Origin: Eledone cirrhosa | Taxonomy: Eukaryota | Direction: 5' to 3' | NCBI GenBank assembly: GCA_964016885.1 | Contig: OZ024743.1 | Location: 300,390,001-300,454,000 of the forward strand | DNA: 64,000 nucleotides | Shown: piece after piece, positions 1 through 12,800 of the stretch | Numbering within the stretch: the stretch's first letter is position 1 | How the letters are laid out: each line of letters opens with the position of its first letter | Made by a program: the position numbers and the translations under genes | Notes under the pieces: model-generated | What the model was told of the DNA's origin: nothing | What the model saw: the letters and a program-made list of their open reading frames with translations, nothing else | Database searches by the model: none

Positions 1-49
1 CGTCAGAATGAGACGAATGTTTGTTTACAAGAAACAACAGTCAAAAAAC

Positions 50-92
<43 letters not shown>

Positions 93-315
93 TATGTATA
101 CGTACATACATATATGTATACAGACGTACAGTAGTATCTCTATATATATATATATATATATATACATACATGCACACATATATATATATATATGTACGTA
201 TGGATTCACCGAACATTTATTATAATGCTCGGTGTGTTTGTAAACAAACATCGCGAATTAAACCGTACAGTGTCTAGCAACTATTGTTGCTCATTTGTTC
301 AACACTGACAATGGA

Positions 316-358
316 ACGCTGTAATATTTTCAAGCTTATTAGCTATCGTCAGCAACGT
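316..358 (-). ncRNA. Minimal type I hammerhead ribozyme (family A)
   Basis: Minus strand reads acgttg CTGACGA t agct aata agct t GAAA atat TA cagcgt. Stem I is acguug/cagcgu, stem II agcu/agcu, and stem III is minimal with a palindromic loop. Confidence 0.8.
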
Positions 359-816
359 ATACCTTCCTGCCAGATGGTTGAACGTCTGAAAGTATATGCT
401 TTCCTTATGCATATTAACGGCTGAGCAGCCTAATTTGCATATCGAGTCAGTTAATCGGCCGGGGTACTGAAAACGATAAACGGAAAAAAATGAAACGAAA
501 TTTCATTTCTAACTCTTAGTACGGCTGTTACTTAAATATAAGTATGTATACATACATAAATATATGTATACAGACATATTTTTTCTTATATTTATGTGTG
601 TGTGTGAATATGTAGGTGTGTGTATATATTTCTATATTTGTGCATGCGTATGTATGCGTGCATATATGTGTGTATGTATGTGTATGTACGTACGTGTGTA
701 TATACGTATTATTGTGTGTATGTATGTATGTATGTATGTATGTATGTATGTATGTATGTATGTATGTATGTATGTGTATGTATATATGTATGTATATGTA
801 TGTGTATGTCTATATG

Positions 817-848
<32 letters not shown>

Positions 849-1238
849 TATGTGTGTGTATGTATGTATATATATGTGTATGTATATATATATATGCATG
901 CATATGTGTGAGTATGTGTATGTGTATGCACGTTTGTGTATTTGTATGGATGTGTATGTATGGATATGTTGATATTTATGTGTGTATGTATGTATGTGTA
1001 TATGTATGTGTATGTATATATATACACATATATATATGTGTGTGTGTATATATGTGTGTGTGTATGTATGTGTGTATGTATATATATGTTTATGTGTATG
1101 TATATAAGTGTGTGTTGTGTGTGTGTGTTTGCATGTGTGTTTTTATTTTTCCTTTCCTTCTTCCTTTTCCAGCCTCACTTTCATATAGATTATATATTTG
1201 TTTTTTAAAATCCAACGCCAATAAATATACCAGGATTC

Positions 1239-1299
1239 TTTCATTCTGATGATTGAAAGCAACATGTTGTTGCTTTTAAGAAACCACTGGTAAATGAAA
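1239..1299 (+). ncRNA. Type I hammerhead ribozyme, canonical core (family C)
   Basis: tttcatt CTGATGA ttgaaagcaaca tgt tgttgcttttaa GAAA cc act gg TA aatgaaa. This gives a 7-bp stem I, a 12-bp stem II, a short stem III and a GUA cleavage triplet (after ~1292). Confidence 0.9.
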
Positions 1300-1324
1300 T
1301 AATTGCCTTATGTTGTTTATTACA

Positions 1325-1376
<52 letters not shown>

Positions 1377-1517
1377 CATGCACACATATATATACGTACG
1401 TATGGATTCACCGAATATTTATTATATTGCTCGGTGTGTTTGTAAACAAACATCCCGAATTAAACCGTACAGTGTCTAGCAACCATCGTTGGTCATTTGT
1501 TCAACACTGACAGAAGT

Positions 1518-1560
1518 ACGCTGTAATAGGTTCAAGTTTATTAGCTATCGTCAGCAACGT
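1518..1560 (-). ncRNA. Degenerate hammerhead (family A)
   Basis: acgttg CTGACGA tagctaataaactt GAAC ctat TA cagcgt; GAAA is mutated to GAAC and stem II has a mismatch. Confidence 0.55.
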
Positions 1561-1958
1561 ATACCTTCCTGCCAGATGGTTGAAGTCTGAAAGTATATAC
1601 TTTCCTTAAGCATATTAACGGCTGAGCAGCCTAATTTGCATATCGAGTGTGTTAATCGGCCGGGGTACCGAAAACGATAAACGGAAGAAATGAAACGAAA
1701 TTTCATTTCTCACTCTTAGTACGGCTGTTACTTAAATATAAGTATGTATACGTACATACATATATGTATACAGACGTACAGTAGTATGTATATATACATA
1801 GACATATATACATACATGCACACATATATATATATATGTACGTATGGATTCACCGAACATTTATTATAATGCTCGGTGTGTTTGTAAACAAACAACGCGA
1901 ATTAAACCGTACAGTGTCTAGCAACCATCGTTGTCATTTGTTCAGCACTGACAAAGGA

Positions 1959-2001
1959 ACGCTGTACTATTTTCAAGCTTATTAGCTATCGTCAGCAACA
2001 T
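1959..2001 (-). ncRNA. Minimal type I hammerhead (family A)
   Basis: atgttg CTGACGA tagctaataagctt GAAA atag TA cagcgt; core intact. Confidence 0.75.
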
Positions 2002-2243
2002 ATACCTTCCTGCCAGATGGTTGAACGTCTGAAAGTATATACTTTCCTTAGGCATATTAACGGCTGAGCAGCCTAATTTGAATATCGTGTCAGTTAATCG
2101 GCCGGGGTACCGAAAACGATAAACGGAAAAAATGAAACGAAATTTCATTTCTCACTCTTAGTACGGCTGTTACTTAAATATACGTTAATATGCATAAGGA
2201 AAGTATATACTTTCAGACGTTCAACCATCTAGCAGGAAGGTAT

Positions 2244-2286
2244 ACGTTGCTGACGATAGCTAATAAGCTTGAAACTAGTAGAGCGT
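2244..2286 (+). ncRNA. Minimal type I hammerhead (family A, inverted copy)
   Basis: acgttg CTGACGA tagctaataagctt GAAA ctag TA gagcgt. Stem III is the palindrome ACUAGU; the first stem I pair is mismatched. Confidence 0.7.
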
Positions 2287-2431
2287 TCCTTTGTCAGTGT
2301 TGAACAAATGAGCAACGATGGTTGCTAGACACTGTACGGTGTAATTCGAGATGTTTGTTTACAAACACTCCGAGCATTATAATAAATGTTCGGTGAATCC
2401 ATACATACATATATATGTGTGCATGTATGTA

Positions 2432-2469
<38 letters not shown>

Positions 2470-3243
2470 CTACTGTACGGCTGTATACATATATGTATGT
2501 ACGTATACATATTATATTTAAGTAACAGCCGTACTAAGAGTGAGAAATGAAATTTCGTTTCATTTTTTCCGTTTATATATATATATATATATTTAATGCT
2601 GATATAATCGTAATACAAATGTATTCTACAATAATCATGTATATGTGTCGATGTATATCTTTTAAGCTCTGGCTATGTTACAGGTATCTTAGTAACCGTG
2701 TCAGTACACCTGATTTTTACGATTAATGATTTTTATTTCTCATCGTTTCCATTAACAAACCGTGATTCTTAATTAAGTCTAATTCACACTAATTAATTAT
2801 TGCTAATCAAGCTCACACTTCCCTAGTTAGAATGTGAATGAACATCGCAAAGAGGTGATTTTTAGGAAAAAGTTTTAATGGCTACAGTTAATGTTTGACT
2901 CCATACTAAATGCATAAACGGCATTGATTACAGATGAAAATAATTATATCTACTTTTCGCACAAGGCCAGCAATTTTCACAGTTTATTACTGGTACTCTA
3001 ACGATACTGCCAATCCACCGCCGTACAGATTACAGATGAAAATAATGCTAGTGCTTCTCTATATGTTTATTACAGATATATTTCTTTATTTCTTTATTCA
3101 ATATTTCTTTATTTATTTATTAAAGATAAGTATTTTGTATGCTCATTAATATGTTCTTCTATAAAGAAACAATCTATCTTTGTGCTACAGCTAATATAAT
3201 ACAATACAATACAATACAATGCAATACAATACAATATAATAAA

Positions 3244-3313
<70 letters not shown>

Positions 3314-3439
3314 GAGGTTATATTTAATTTGATGGGATACAAGAAGCAAAATATTTGTATAGCTGATATAAAGCACTCAACAAATTATTGGAATAAATAT
3401 ACAATATATTAACAAATGGAAACTATATTTATAAAACAA

Positions 3440-3514
3440 TATTTATTTCATAGTACATATTTCAAGGGCCACCAGAGCAAATTATGGTGCACTTTCATCA
3501 GATAAAATATAATA
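3440..3514 (-). ncRNA. Partly degenerate hammerhead in PLE pLTR (family D)
   Basis: tattatattttat CTGATGA aagtgcacca taatttgctc tggtggccctt GAAA tatgtact atgaaataaata; homologous to the 49752-49828 ribozyme. Confidence 0.65.
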
Positions 3515-4547
3515 TAGGTTAATTTTATAAATAAATATTGACATGCCCTTAAAAAATGCAACCATTCTGGTTGGAATCTCCTGGATAGTGGAGTTATTAG
3601 ATTTATTGTTGGGTTATTATGCAAATTAGTATTGGAAAGGTTTAAAAACAGTATATTTAAATTAAGCCGTTGGAATAGAGAAAAAAGAGAAAAGAAAGAG
3701 AAAAAACAAAAGAAAGAAAGAGAAAAAAACCTGAGTATATTTAAGTGAGAGAGAATAATGTAATTTTGAGAGAATAGGCGAAGACATAAATATAGCGTGG
3801 ATGAATACCGTAAGATGGATAAACAATAATAATAAACAATAATAAAGATGGATAAACAGTAATAAAGATAACTTGAAGAATTTATCTAATGTTTAATTAA
3901 TACATTTGATTAAATGCTTTATAATTAATTTATCAATTCAATCCGTAGTTTAAATGTTTTAATGTGTATGTTAGATTATTAAAGTTGAGACCTATATATT
4001 ATTAAAGAACATATATTATTACAAAATATGTTATTATTACAAAACCATATAAAATTTTATTAATTATTAATTCATTATTTTAAAAAAAGTTTTAGTTTAA
4101 AATATCCGGATATTTCTAAGCTCATGGAATTTCTGAGAGTTTGCAGAAGAATAATCCCTTATTTGTAATAGCAGTAGAGAGTAAAGGAAATTGCTAGCGA
4201 TTTATTAATAATTTAGATAGCTCTAAGGATTAAATGCTATAAAGTTAAGATGTTAAACAAATTTAATTATCCATATTAATAATGTAATTAGAGTACGAAT
4301 TGTATGTTATTTTATAGCAAGTTATACATTTATAACTCCAACCTGTCATACAGTTATGACTGTTAAAAACATAAATTTGTTTGCTATAACGTGTTAACAT
4401 TTAAAAATTCATTCATTGGAATATATCCAGAGCATAAACCATAAAAATACTCTTTCATAAGAGTATATATGTAGAATATATTTAAAGTATAACTTTTATA
4501 TATATATAAACATTTTGATATACATATAAATACACACATACATTATA

Positions 4548-4600
<53 letters not shown>

Positions 4601-5667
4601 GCGGATGAATACCTCAACAGGTACAATGTACTTGTAGAAATATTCACGTTGTTTATAATACTTGTGGTTCAATGGTACTAATTCGAGATGCCAGAACAAT
4701 ATAAAAAGTAGCGAATCAAGCGGTTATTAAACAATTCTCTAAATAAATTAAAAAAGGAATTAAATAATCACCAGTTCCATTAATAACCGCTTATTCCAAA
4801 AGATTGGTTCATCATTCCAAAAGATTGGAAATCCAGAGAATTTCCAATGGAAAGATATTAATCTTCAGACAGCCTATTTCCACACAATAAGGTTTCAAGC
4901 CCCATAGTAAGTAAATATTTTCCTCCCTGCACAACGCATGCGGCCAAGCCGTTAAAGTGACACACACACAAAATCAGGTCGCTGATAATAGCTGTTTATT
5001 ATAAACATGTTGATATTGCCATTACAATTAGCAGCATTATTCAACGTTTTGTTCTCTACATAAAGAAAAAAATATAGAAGTGGAAGAATACCTCAACAGG
5101 TACAATGTACTTGTAGAAATATTCAAGTTGTTTATAATACTTGTGGTTCAATGGTACTAATTCGAGATGCCAGAACAATATAAAAAGTAGCGAAGAAAGC
5201 GGTTATTAAACAATTCTCTTTTCAAAAGATTGGAAATCCAGAGAATTTCCAATGTAAAGAAATTAATCTTCAGACAGCCTATTTCCACACCATAAGGTTG
5301 CAAGCCCCATAGTAAGTAAATATGTTGCCCCCTGCCCAACGCATGCGGTCAAGCCGTTAAAATGACACACACGCAAAATCAGGTCGCTGATAATAGTTGT
5401 ATATTATAAACATGTTGATATTGCCACTAAAATTAGCAGCATTATTCAACGTTTTGTTCTCTATATAAGGAGAACAATTATAGAAGTGGGTGAATACCTC
5501 AACAGGTACAATGCACTTGTAGAAATATTCAAGTTGTTTATAATATTTGTGGTTCAATGGTACTAATTCGAGATACCAGAACAATATAAAAAGTAGCGAA
5601 GTAAGCGGTTATTAAACAATTCTCTAAATAAATTAAAAAAACGATTTAAATAATCACCTGTTCCATT

Positions 5668-5748
5668 GCTGTTACCGACGCTTTCATCATTCCAAAAGAT
5701 TGGAAATCCAGAGAATTTCCAATGGAAAGAAATGAATCTTCAGTCAGC
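5668..5748 (-). ncRNA. Type I hammerhead in array B unit 3
   Basis: gctga CTGAAGA ttcatttctttcc attggaaatt ctct ggatttccaat cttttggaatgat GAAA gcgtcgg TA acagc; one stem I mismatch. Confidence 0.65.
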
Positions 5749-6137
5749 CTATTTCCACACCATAAGGTTGCAAGCCCCATAGTAAGTAAATAGTTTGCTT
5801 CCTGCCCAACGCATTCGGTCAAGCCGTTAAAATGACACACACGCAAAATCAGGTCCCTAATAATAGCTGTATATTATAAACATGTTGATATTGCCACTAA
5901 AATTAGCAGCATTATTCAACGTTTTGTTCTCTACATAAGGAGAACAATTATAGAAGTGGGTGAATACCTCAACAGGTACAATGCACTTGTAGAAATATTC
6001 AAGTTGTTTATAATATTTGTGGTTCAATGGTACTAATTCGAGATACCAGAACAATATAAAAAGTAGCGAAGTAAGCGGTTATTAAACAATTCTCTAAATA
6101 AATTAAAAAAACGATTTAAATAATGACCTGTTCCATT

Positions 6138-6218
6138 GCTGTTACCGACGCTTTCATCATTCCAAAAGATTGGAAATCCAGAGAATTTCCAATGGAAAGA
6201 AATGAATCTTCAGACAGC
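6138..6218 (-). ncRNA. Type I hammerhead in array B unit 4
   Basis: gctgt CTGAAGA [long stem II: ucauuu/gaauga plus auuggaaauu/ggauuuccaau] GAAA gcgtcgg TA acagc. Stem I gcugu/acagc is perfect and the cleavage triplet is GUA. Confidence 0.75.
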
Positions 6219-6482
6219 CTATTTCCACACCATAAGGTTGCAAGCCCCATAGTAAGTAAATAGTTTGCTTCCTGCCCAACGCATTCGGTCAAGCCGTTAA
6301 AATGACACACACGCAAAATCAGGTCCCTAATAATAGCTGTATATTATAAACATGTTGATATTGCCACTAAAATTAGCAGCATTATTCAACGTTTTGTTTT
6401 CTCTACATAAGGAGGAAAATTATAGAAGTGGATCAATACCTCAACAGGTACTTGTAGAAATATTCAAGTTGTTTATAATACT

Positions 6483-6546
<64 letters not shown>

Positions 6547-6786
6547 GCATTTGAAAAATACATAAATACAAAATATACAATATAAAATATTACTTATAAT
6601 TTAAGTTATGAATTATTAATTATTTGTACCCATCATAGGAATTTTCAGAAAAAACTCCTTCTTCAAATCTTTCAGTACGTTTATCAAGAAAAGTCTTCAA
6701 GAAAAAATATTTTTAAGATAGTTATAAGCAGTCATATGAAGGAATCTAATGAATTATCGATATGTTTAATATAGATGAGTTATGTA

Positions 6787-7566
6787 TTACAATTTATATA
6801 TATATTGAAACGTTGAGTTCAATCTATGTTTGCAAGAACTGAAAATATTATTTCTTAAATTAACAGAATTTTTACTTTTTAATATAAATAATATTTCCTC
6901 TATACAAAGAGCACAATTTTCAGAAGAAGCATTGAATGGAGGAGCTTTGAATATAATATTCCACAGTAAAGAAGAGTGTTTTTTGATTTTCGGTCCCATA
7001 GTAAATTTGATAGAGAAGTTGAAATATTTTTTATTTATATTCGTAAAAGAGCATTTATGGTTATTAAAACAAGACTTAACATCTTTGGAGTTAGAGTGTA
7101 CATAATTAAATGAAATTAAAGTAGTTATTACATTACAATTATATACTATATGTTTAACTAAACAATTGTTATTTAACGGACAGTTAGATTTATTTCTACA
7201 GTTACATTTATCAAAATTTGAGTTTCTATGTGCCGTATTATTCAGTTGGATATTGTTGGGGTTATTAATGGTATTCTGGTTAGGTTTTAAATTTCTATTA
7301 TTAATTCTATTAATATTCTTCGCTAAATTACTGGTGGTTGAATACGTTAATGTTATAGTATGTCTATTAAATATTGAGTAATACCTATGTGTTCTAGGGA
7401 AGCATTTATCTAGAGCTTTAAGGAATAATTTAGCAATAGGAGTTTTAATATTTAATGAGAAAGGATGAGCGAACAATAATATATTGCTAGTTCTATTTCT
7501 CTTTATGTTTTTCGAATTATTGTAAGGTTTTCTATTATAGTTGTTAAACTTATAGTTATTTGTCAT
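6787..7566 (-). pseudogene. Penelope-like GIY-YIG endonuclease region, decayed
   Basis: CxC-x5-C-PL motif, IVY...FNYVHS (YVG mutated), frameshift near 7000; paralogue of ORF 51557-52213. Confidence 0.85.
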
Positions 7567-7739
7567 ATCATTACTATCAAGTATTTAATTTTATTACTAT
7601 ATTCAGCTCTACCTAACGCTTCGTTATAATATTGCGCTTTACCTTCAAACATATTCTTATAAGCTGAAATTCTAGAAATACGTTGCTGCACAGAGTTTAC
7701 TATAGTGTTTTTAACGGATCTGGGGTGATTGGAATATAT

Positions 7740-8272
<533 letters not shown>

Positions 8273-9440
8273 TGAATAGGTTTGCCTGTTATTGTAGGAG
8301 GCCTTATATGTAGGTATACGTTCATATACTTAAGCCTATGACTGAATTGACATATACGTTGGCTGTATTCCACTGAATGAATCTACAGATGCGGTCTCTG
8401 TGCACAAATATTACATCCTGATAACTATGCAACTAACATAAATTCCTGACAAGGACTCAAAATAGGATTAAATTTACATTTGGGAAAATACAAAGTCCTG
8501 AGTATTATTAAGATGCATCAATTTCTCCACTTAAATATCTCCATTGAATTTTGTTGTAAGACAGGTTAGAATCGTCAGCTAACAAGTATATATACCATCA
8601 GTGGACCTAAATCATTTTGCCTCTTTAGAACTGTCATGATATATCCCCATGTTAAATCACAGCATCTGTCTGAATCTGTTACATTTGTTAAACAATTAAA
8701 TACACAAAAAACGTAGTTTTAGTACCTTCTTCCAACTTACACAATGGAATGTGTGTTGAAATCCCCACCAGAGTGCTGATCTGTATTATCGTGCCAATAG
8801 CTTCATGTTATTTTGTCATATGTTGGAAACAAACATCACAAAGTATAGTTATCGAAACAAACCTCCTTGCCTGAGAGAACGATGCGGAATGAAATATTAA
8901 AGTGCTGAGTATGTATGCATAATACATTTTTATCTTACTTGGTACTTTCAGCATTTAGTTACTCCCTGCGATTTTTGCTAGATTTTCAGAATTATCTGGT
9001 TGAATTGTCTGACCTAAAATTGATTTCTCCGTATATTAACAACACAGAAGAAATTTTTGAGAACAAATAAAGAAGCTTATCAAATGCTATCAAGGAGTAG
9101 GCATCCAAAACCATATTAATAGGAGCTGTAGACCGCTGCCTTACCTTAATTATCTCATTTCGTCCTTAATACGTAGAGAAAAGATATTTGATTCTCTGAA
9201 TTAATATAACATAAATACATACAATTCTATTCAAAAGAAAACATTATGTTTTCAATAACGACGACAAGCCTGATTAATTTTAATATAAATGGAAGCTAAT
9301 TCAACTCCATCAAGATGTCAGACCCATAATACATTTAAGTGACTACCAAGAAGAGTGTGTGTGTGTGTGTGTATGTGTGTGTGTGTGTGTGTGCGTGTCT
9401 GTGTGTATGTGTGTGTGTGTGTGTCGGTGTGTGTGTGTGC

Positions 9441-9476
<36 letters not shown>

Positions 9477-9664
9477 GTGTATACAGACACATACACACTC
9501 TATTGTTGGTATTCACATAAATGTATTATGAACTCCCAGTCGGTTAATTTAATTTCCGGTTTGTTGTTTATTTGTTGATTCTCAAAACTCTTTCGTCACA
9601 AGTTATGTGACTTCCTGAGTGAATATTCAGTTTATATTTGTCTCTTATTTGATATGTTCTATAC

Positions 9665-10804
9665 TATAGTCAGGGGGCGACCATCGGCATCAGCATTGCT
9701 GGTGACGTAGTTAACCTCTTTATGGCATGGTGGGATAGGAAACATAAGGAATGCTGAGATGAGAACCCTATAAACCTGACTATATACTCCCGCTTCGTAG
9801 ATGACAACAACATCATAGAGATAAGAACAAAGCAGTCATGAATTAGTAAGGAACACCATGGAAACCAGCCAGCAAATAGCCAACTCGAATCACAGGCGTA
9901 TTAAAGATATCATAGATTACCCAACCAACACCGGAGCCACATATTACATGTAAATTACACAATTCTGGTTAGAAGACGTTAGTAAAACACAAATCTTCCA
10001 TTCCCATTAGGCCAAACCCTTGGCCTTCAAGTACCTGAACCACCGAAACTCAGCCATTTTGGATAACATGAACATTGAGGATTTAGTTAGAGTGATGAAA
10101 ATTGTTCCCCACATGTGCAATGCTAAAGAATAAGAGAGACACATCAACGTTTCATCCACCACATGCAGTTCTCAGCCAATAATTAGAGAGAATAGATCAG
10201 GATGTATAAAGTAGCAAGTGCCAAATGGATGAAGACTGTAGAAAATGATGCGAATAAATCTTGCTCCCTGTATAGATGCAAATATTTAAGTAGGATACAG
10301 ACAACTAAGAAGAAGACTAATAGGATAAATTGTGGTATGACAACAATACATACAAGAGTGTAATGTTCCTCAATGCAATTCCCAGTAGTAAGCTATCTTA
10401 CCAATTTAACAGAGCACAAGAAAAAATAAAATAAAATATTAAGGTAGTAGAAAAAGCACGTACACTTACAAATCTGTAGAATATACTATTTTAAGAAAAA
10501 ACCCTCCACTGATAGAAATTGCGTAGTTTGCAAATTAAGCTCACAACTTAACTGCAAACCTAGGAACTTAGTATATAACATAAGATGTACAATGAGACAT
10601 TGTAAGAATGAGAATATGACTTACAGATGTGAGAAGATCGATAGTATAACAGAAAGGATAAGTAAACATTGGCGAGAATTCTAAGTTCAGAAAAGCTCAT
10701 CAGTACTCCACCAACGTTGGTGAATGAAAGAAGTGGGCACACAAGAGAACATTGAGCGAAACATCATAAATGTCATACACAGGACATTAAACTGGTGACC
10801 TGAC

Positions 10805-10806
<2 letters not shown>
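9665..10806 (+). mobile_element. Highly decayed Penelope-like RT/GIY-YIG remnant
   Basis: Translatable motifs: GATIGISIAGDVVNLFMAWWD (~9675-9737; PLE RT G-x-x-x-G...NLFM), RFVDD (~9791), CVVC (~10520) and IGE (~10668). Many stops and frameshifts. Confidence 0.55.
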
Positions 10807-10885
<79 letters not shown>

Positions 10886-10940
10886 GATATATATATACAT
10901 ATATACATACATACATATATATATATATACATATATACAT

Positions 10941-11215
10941 ACACACAAACTCTGCATGGGTCTTTACAATGGTTGATAATACCTTAGCGGCACCACTCGA
11001 ATAAGGTAATGTTTAACCCATAAACGGGGCCCTAACAGGTACTACTACACGGGGAATGTATAGTTACCATTTAGTTGTTATCACTCACAGATCTGCTCTG
11101 GCCCGGAGTAGTAGTACCTGTTAGGGCCCCGTTTATGGGTTAAAAATTATCTTATTCGAGTGGTGCCGCTAAGGTATTATCAACCATTGTAAAGAACCAT
11201 GCAGAGTGTGTGTGT
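10941..11215. repeat. ~275-bp foldback whose arms derive from the 5' region of the RTE-X-like LINE
   Basis: Arms ~10941-11048 and ~11108-11215 are near-perfect reverse complements. The arm sequence (ataccttagcggcaccactcgaataaggtaa...taacccataaacggggccctaacagg) matches 58068-58140. Confidence 0.8.
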
Positions 11216-11241
11216 ATGTATATATGTATATATATATATAT

Positions 11242-11790
11242 AGAGAGAGAAAAATACTGCAGGTCGCACATGGAAACATGTAATAAAATAAGTCCCTCAT
11301 CAGTGATTTGCCGAAGATCATAGATATTTCATTGCATTAAAAATCATATATCTCACTTCGGTGCAATAATAACCAAAATAAGTTATTAGGACAATTAAAA
11401 CGCGTAAAGCGAGTGAGACAGGAGAACAACAGAAAAATTAGCATACCTTAGGGGAGAAAAAGCTTCAAAAATTATTCGTTTAGCGTAAGCTAGGTGAATA
11501 TATGAGAGCTGAGAGAATAGAACCAACACAAACGAAGGCCATTGAGCAGAGAGAGAAAAAATAGCGTTCGTGAGTGCAGGATGAAATGAAGAGAAGAGGG
11601 AGAAAAACAGTGAGTGAGTGAAAGTGTGAGGAAGAGTTAACGGACAAGACAGAGGGGGAGAAACAGAGAGAATGGGGGAACAGTAAGAGAGAGAGAAAAA
11701 AACACAGAATCGCAGTGGTAAATATATGTATTAAAATATAGAGAAAAATACTGCAGGTCGCACATGGAAACATGTAATAAAATAAGTCCC
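11242..11790. repeat. ~550-bp element with ~55-bp terminal direct repeats, flanked by (TA)n
   Basis: agagaaaaatactgcaggtcgcacatggaaacatgtaataaaataagtccc at ~11246-11296 and ~11740-11790; purine-rich interior. Confidence 0.6.
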
Positions 11791-11873
11791 ATATATATAT
11801 ATGTGTATGTATGTATACATGTATATATATCTATGTATATATGTATATATATATGTATATATATATACACATT

Positions 11874-12640
<767 letters not shown>

Positions 12641-12666
12641 ATATATATATATATATACACATATAT

Positions 12667-12783
<117 letters not shown>

Positions 12784-12800
12784 GATATTGTTATACTCAC

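Larger units (their letters stand above)
88..2575 (-). repeat. ~440-bp ORF-less repeat family A (three direct copies plus one inverted copy), each with a minimal hammerhead motif
   Basis: Shared unit (ggattcaccgaacatttattataatgctcggtg ... gctatcgtcagcaacg ... gaaacgaaatttcatttctc) at ~88-555, ~1375-1745 and ~1741-2182, and inverted at ~2185-2575. Hammerhead spacing 1518->1959 is 441 bp. Confidence 0.85.
4595..6484 (-). repeat. Tandem array B of ~470-bp ORF-less units with one hammerhead per intact unit (retrozyme-like)
   Basis: Unit start tagaagYggNNgaatacctcaacagg at 4595, 5075, 5481, 5951 and 6421 (partial). Units 3 and 4 are near-identical, 470 bp. The array is flanked on both sides by (TA)n. 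Confidence 0.9.
3100..7735 (-). mobile_element. 5'-truncated, decayed Penelope-like element (Hydra-clade-like): RT thumb + GIY-YIG and long 3' UTR/pLTR, split by tandem array B
   Basis: ORF 6787-7566 (KCNCRNKSNCPLNNNCLVKHIVY...CALCIEE) and 7563-7735 (SNHPRSVKNTIVNSVQQRISRIS) closely match the element at 50000-52213. The 3' UTR segments 3300-4550 and 6544-6780 are collinear with 45100-46480. Confidence 0.85.

Noticed and set aside
4595-6484. Array B or the 63.2-kb minisatellite as CRISPR-like arrays
   Set aside because: There are no unique spacers between short constant repeats, no cas genes, and the context is eukaryotic.
8280-9330. Possible decayed LINE endonuclease (GDFNTH on the minus strand near 8750-8770)
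   Set aside because: A single short motif with no recoverable frame; insufficient to call.
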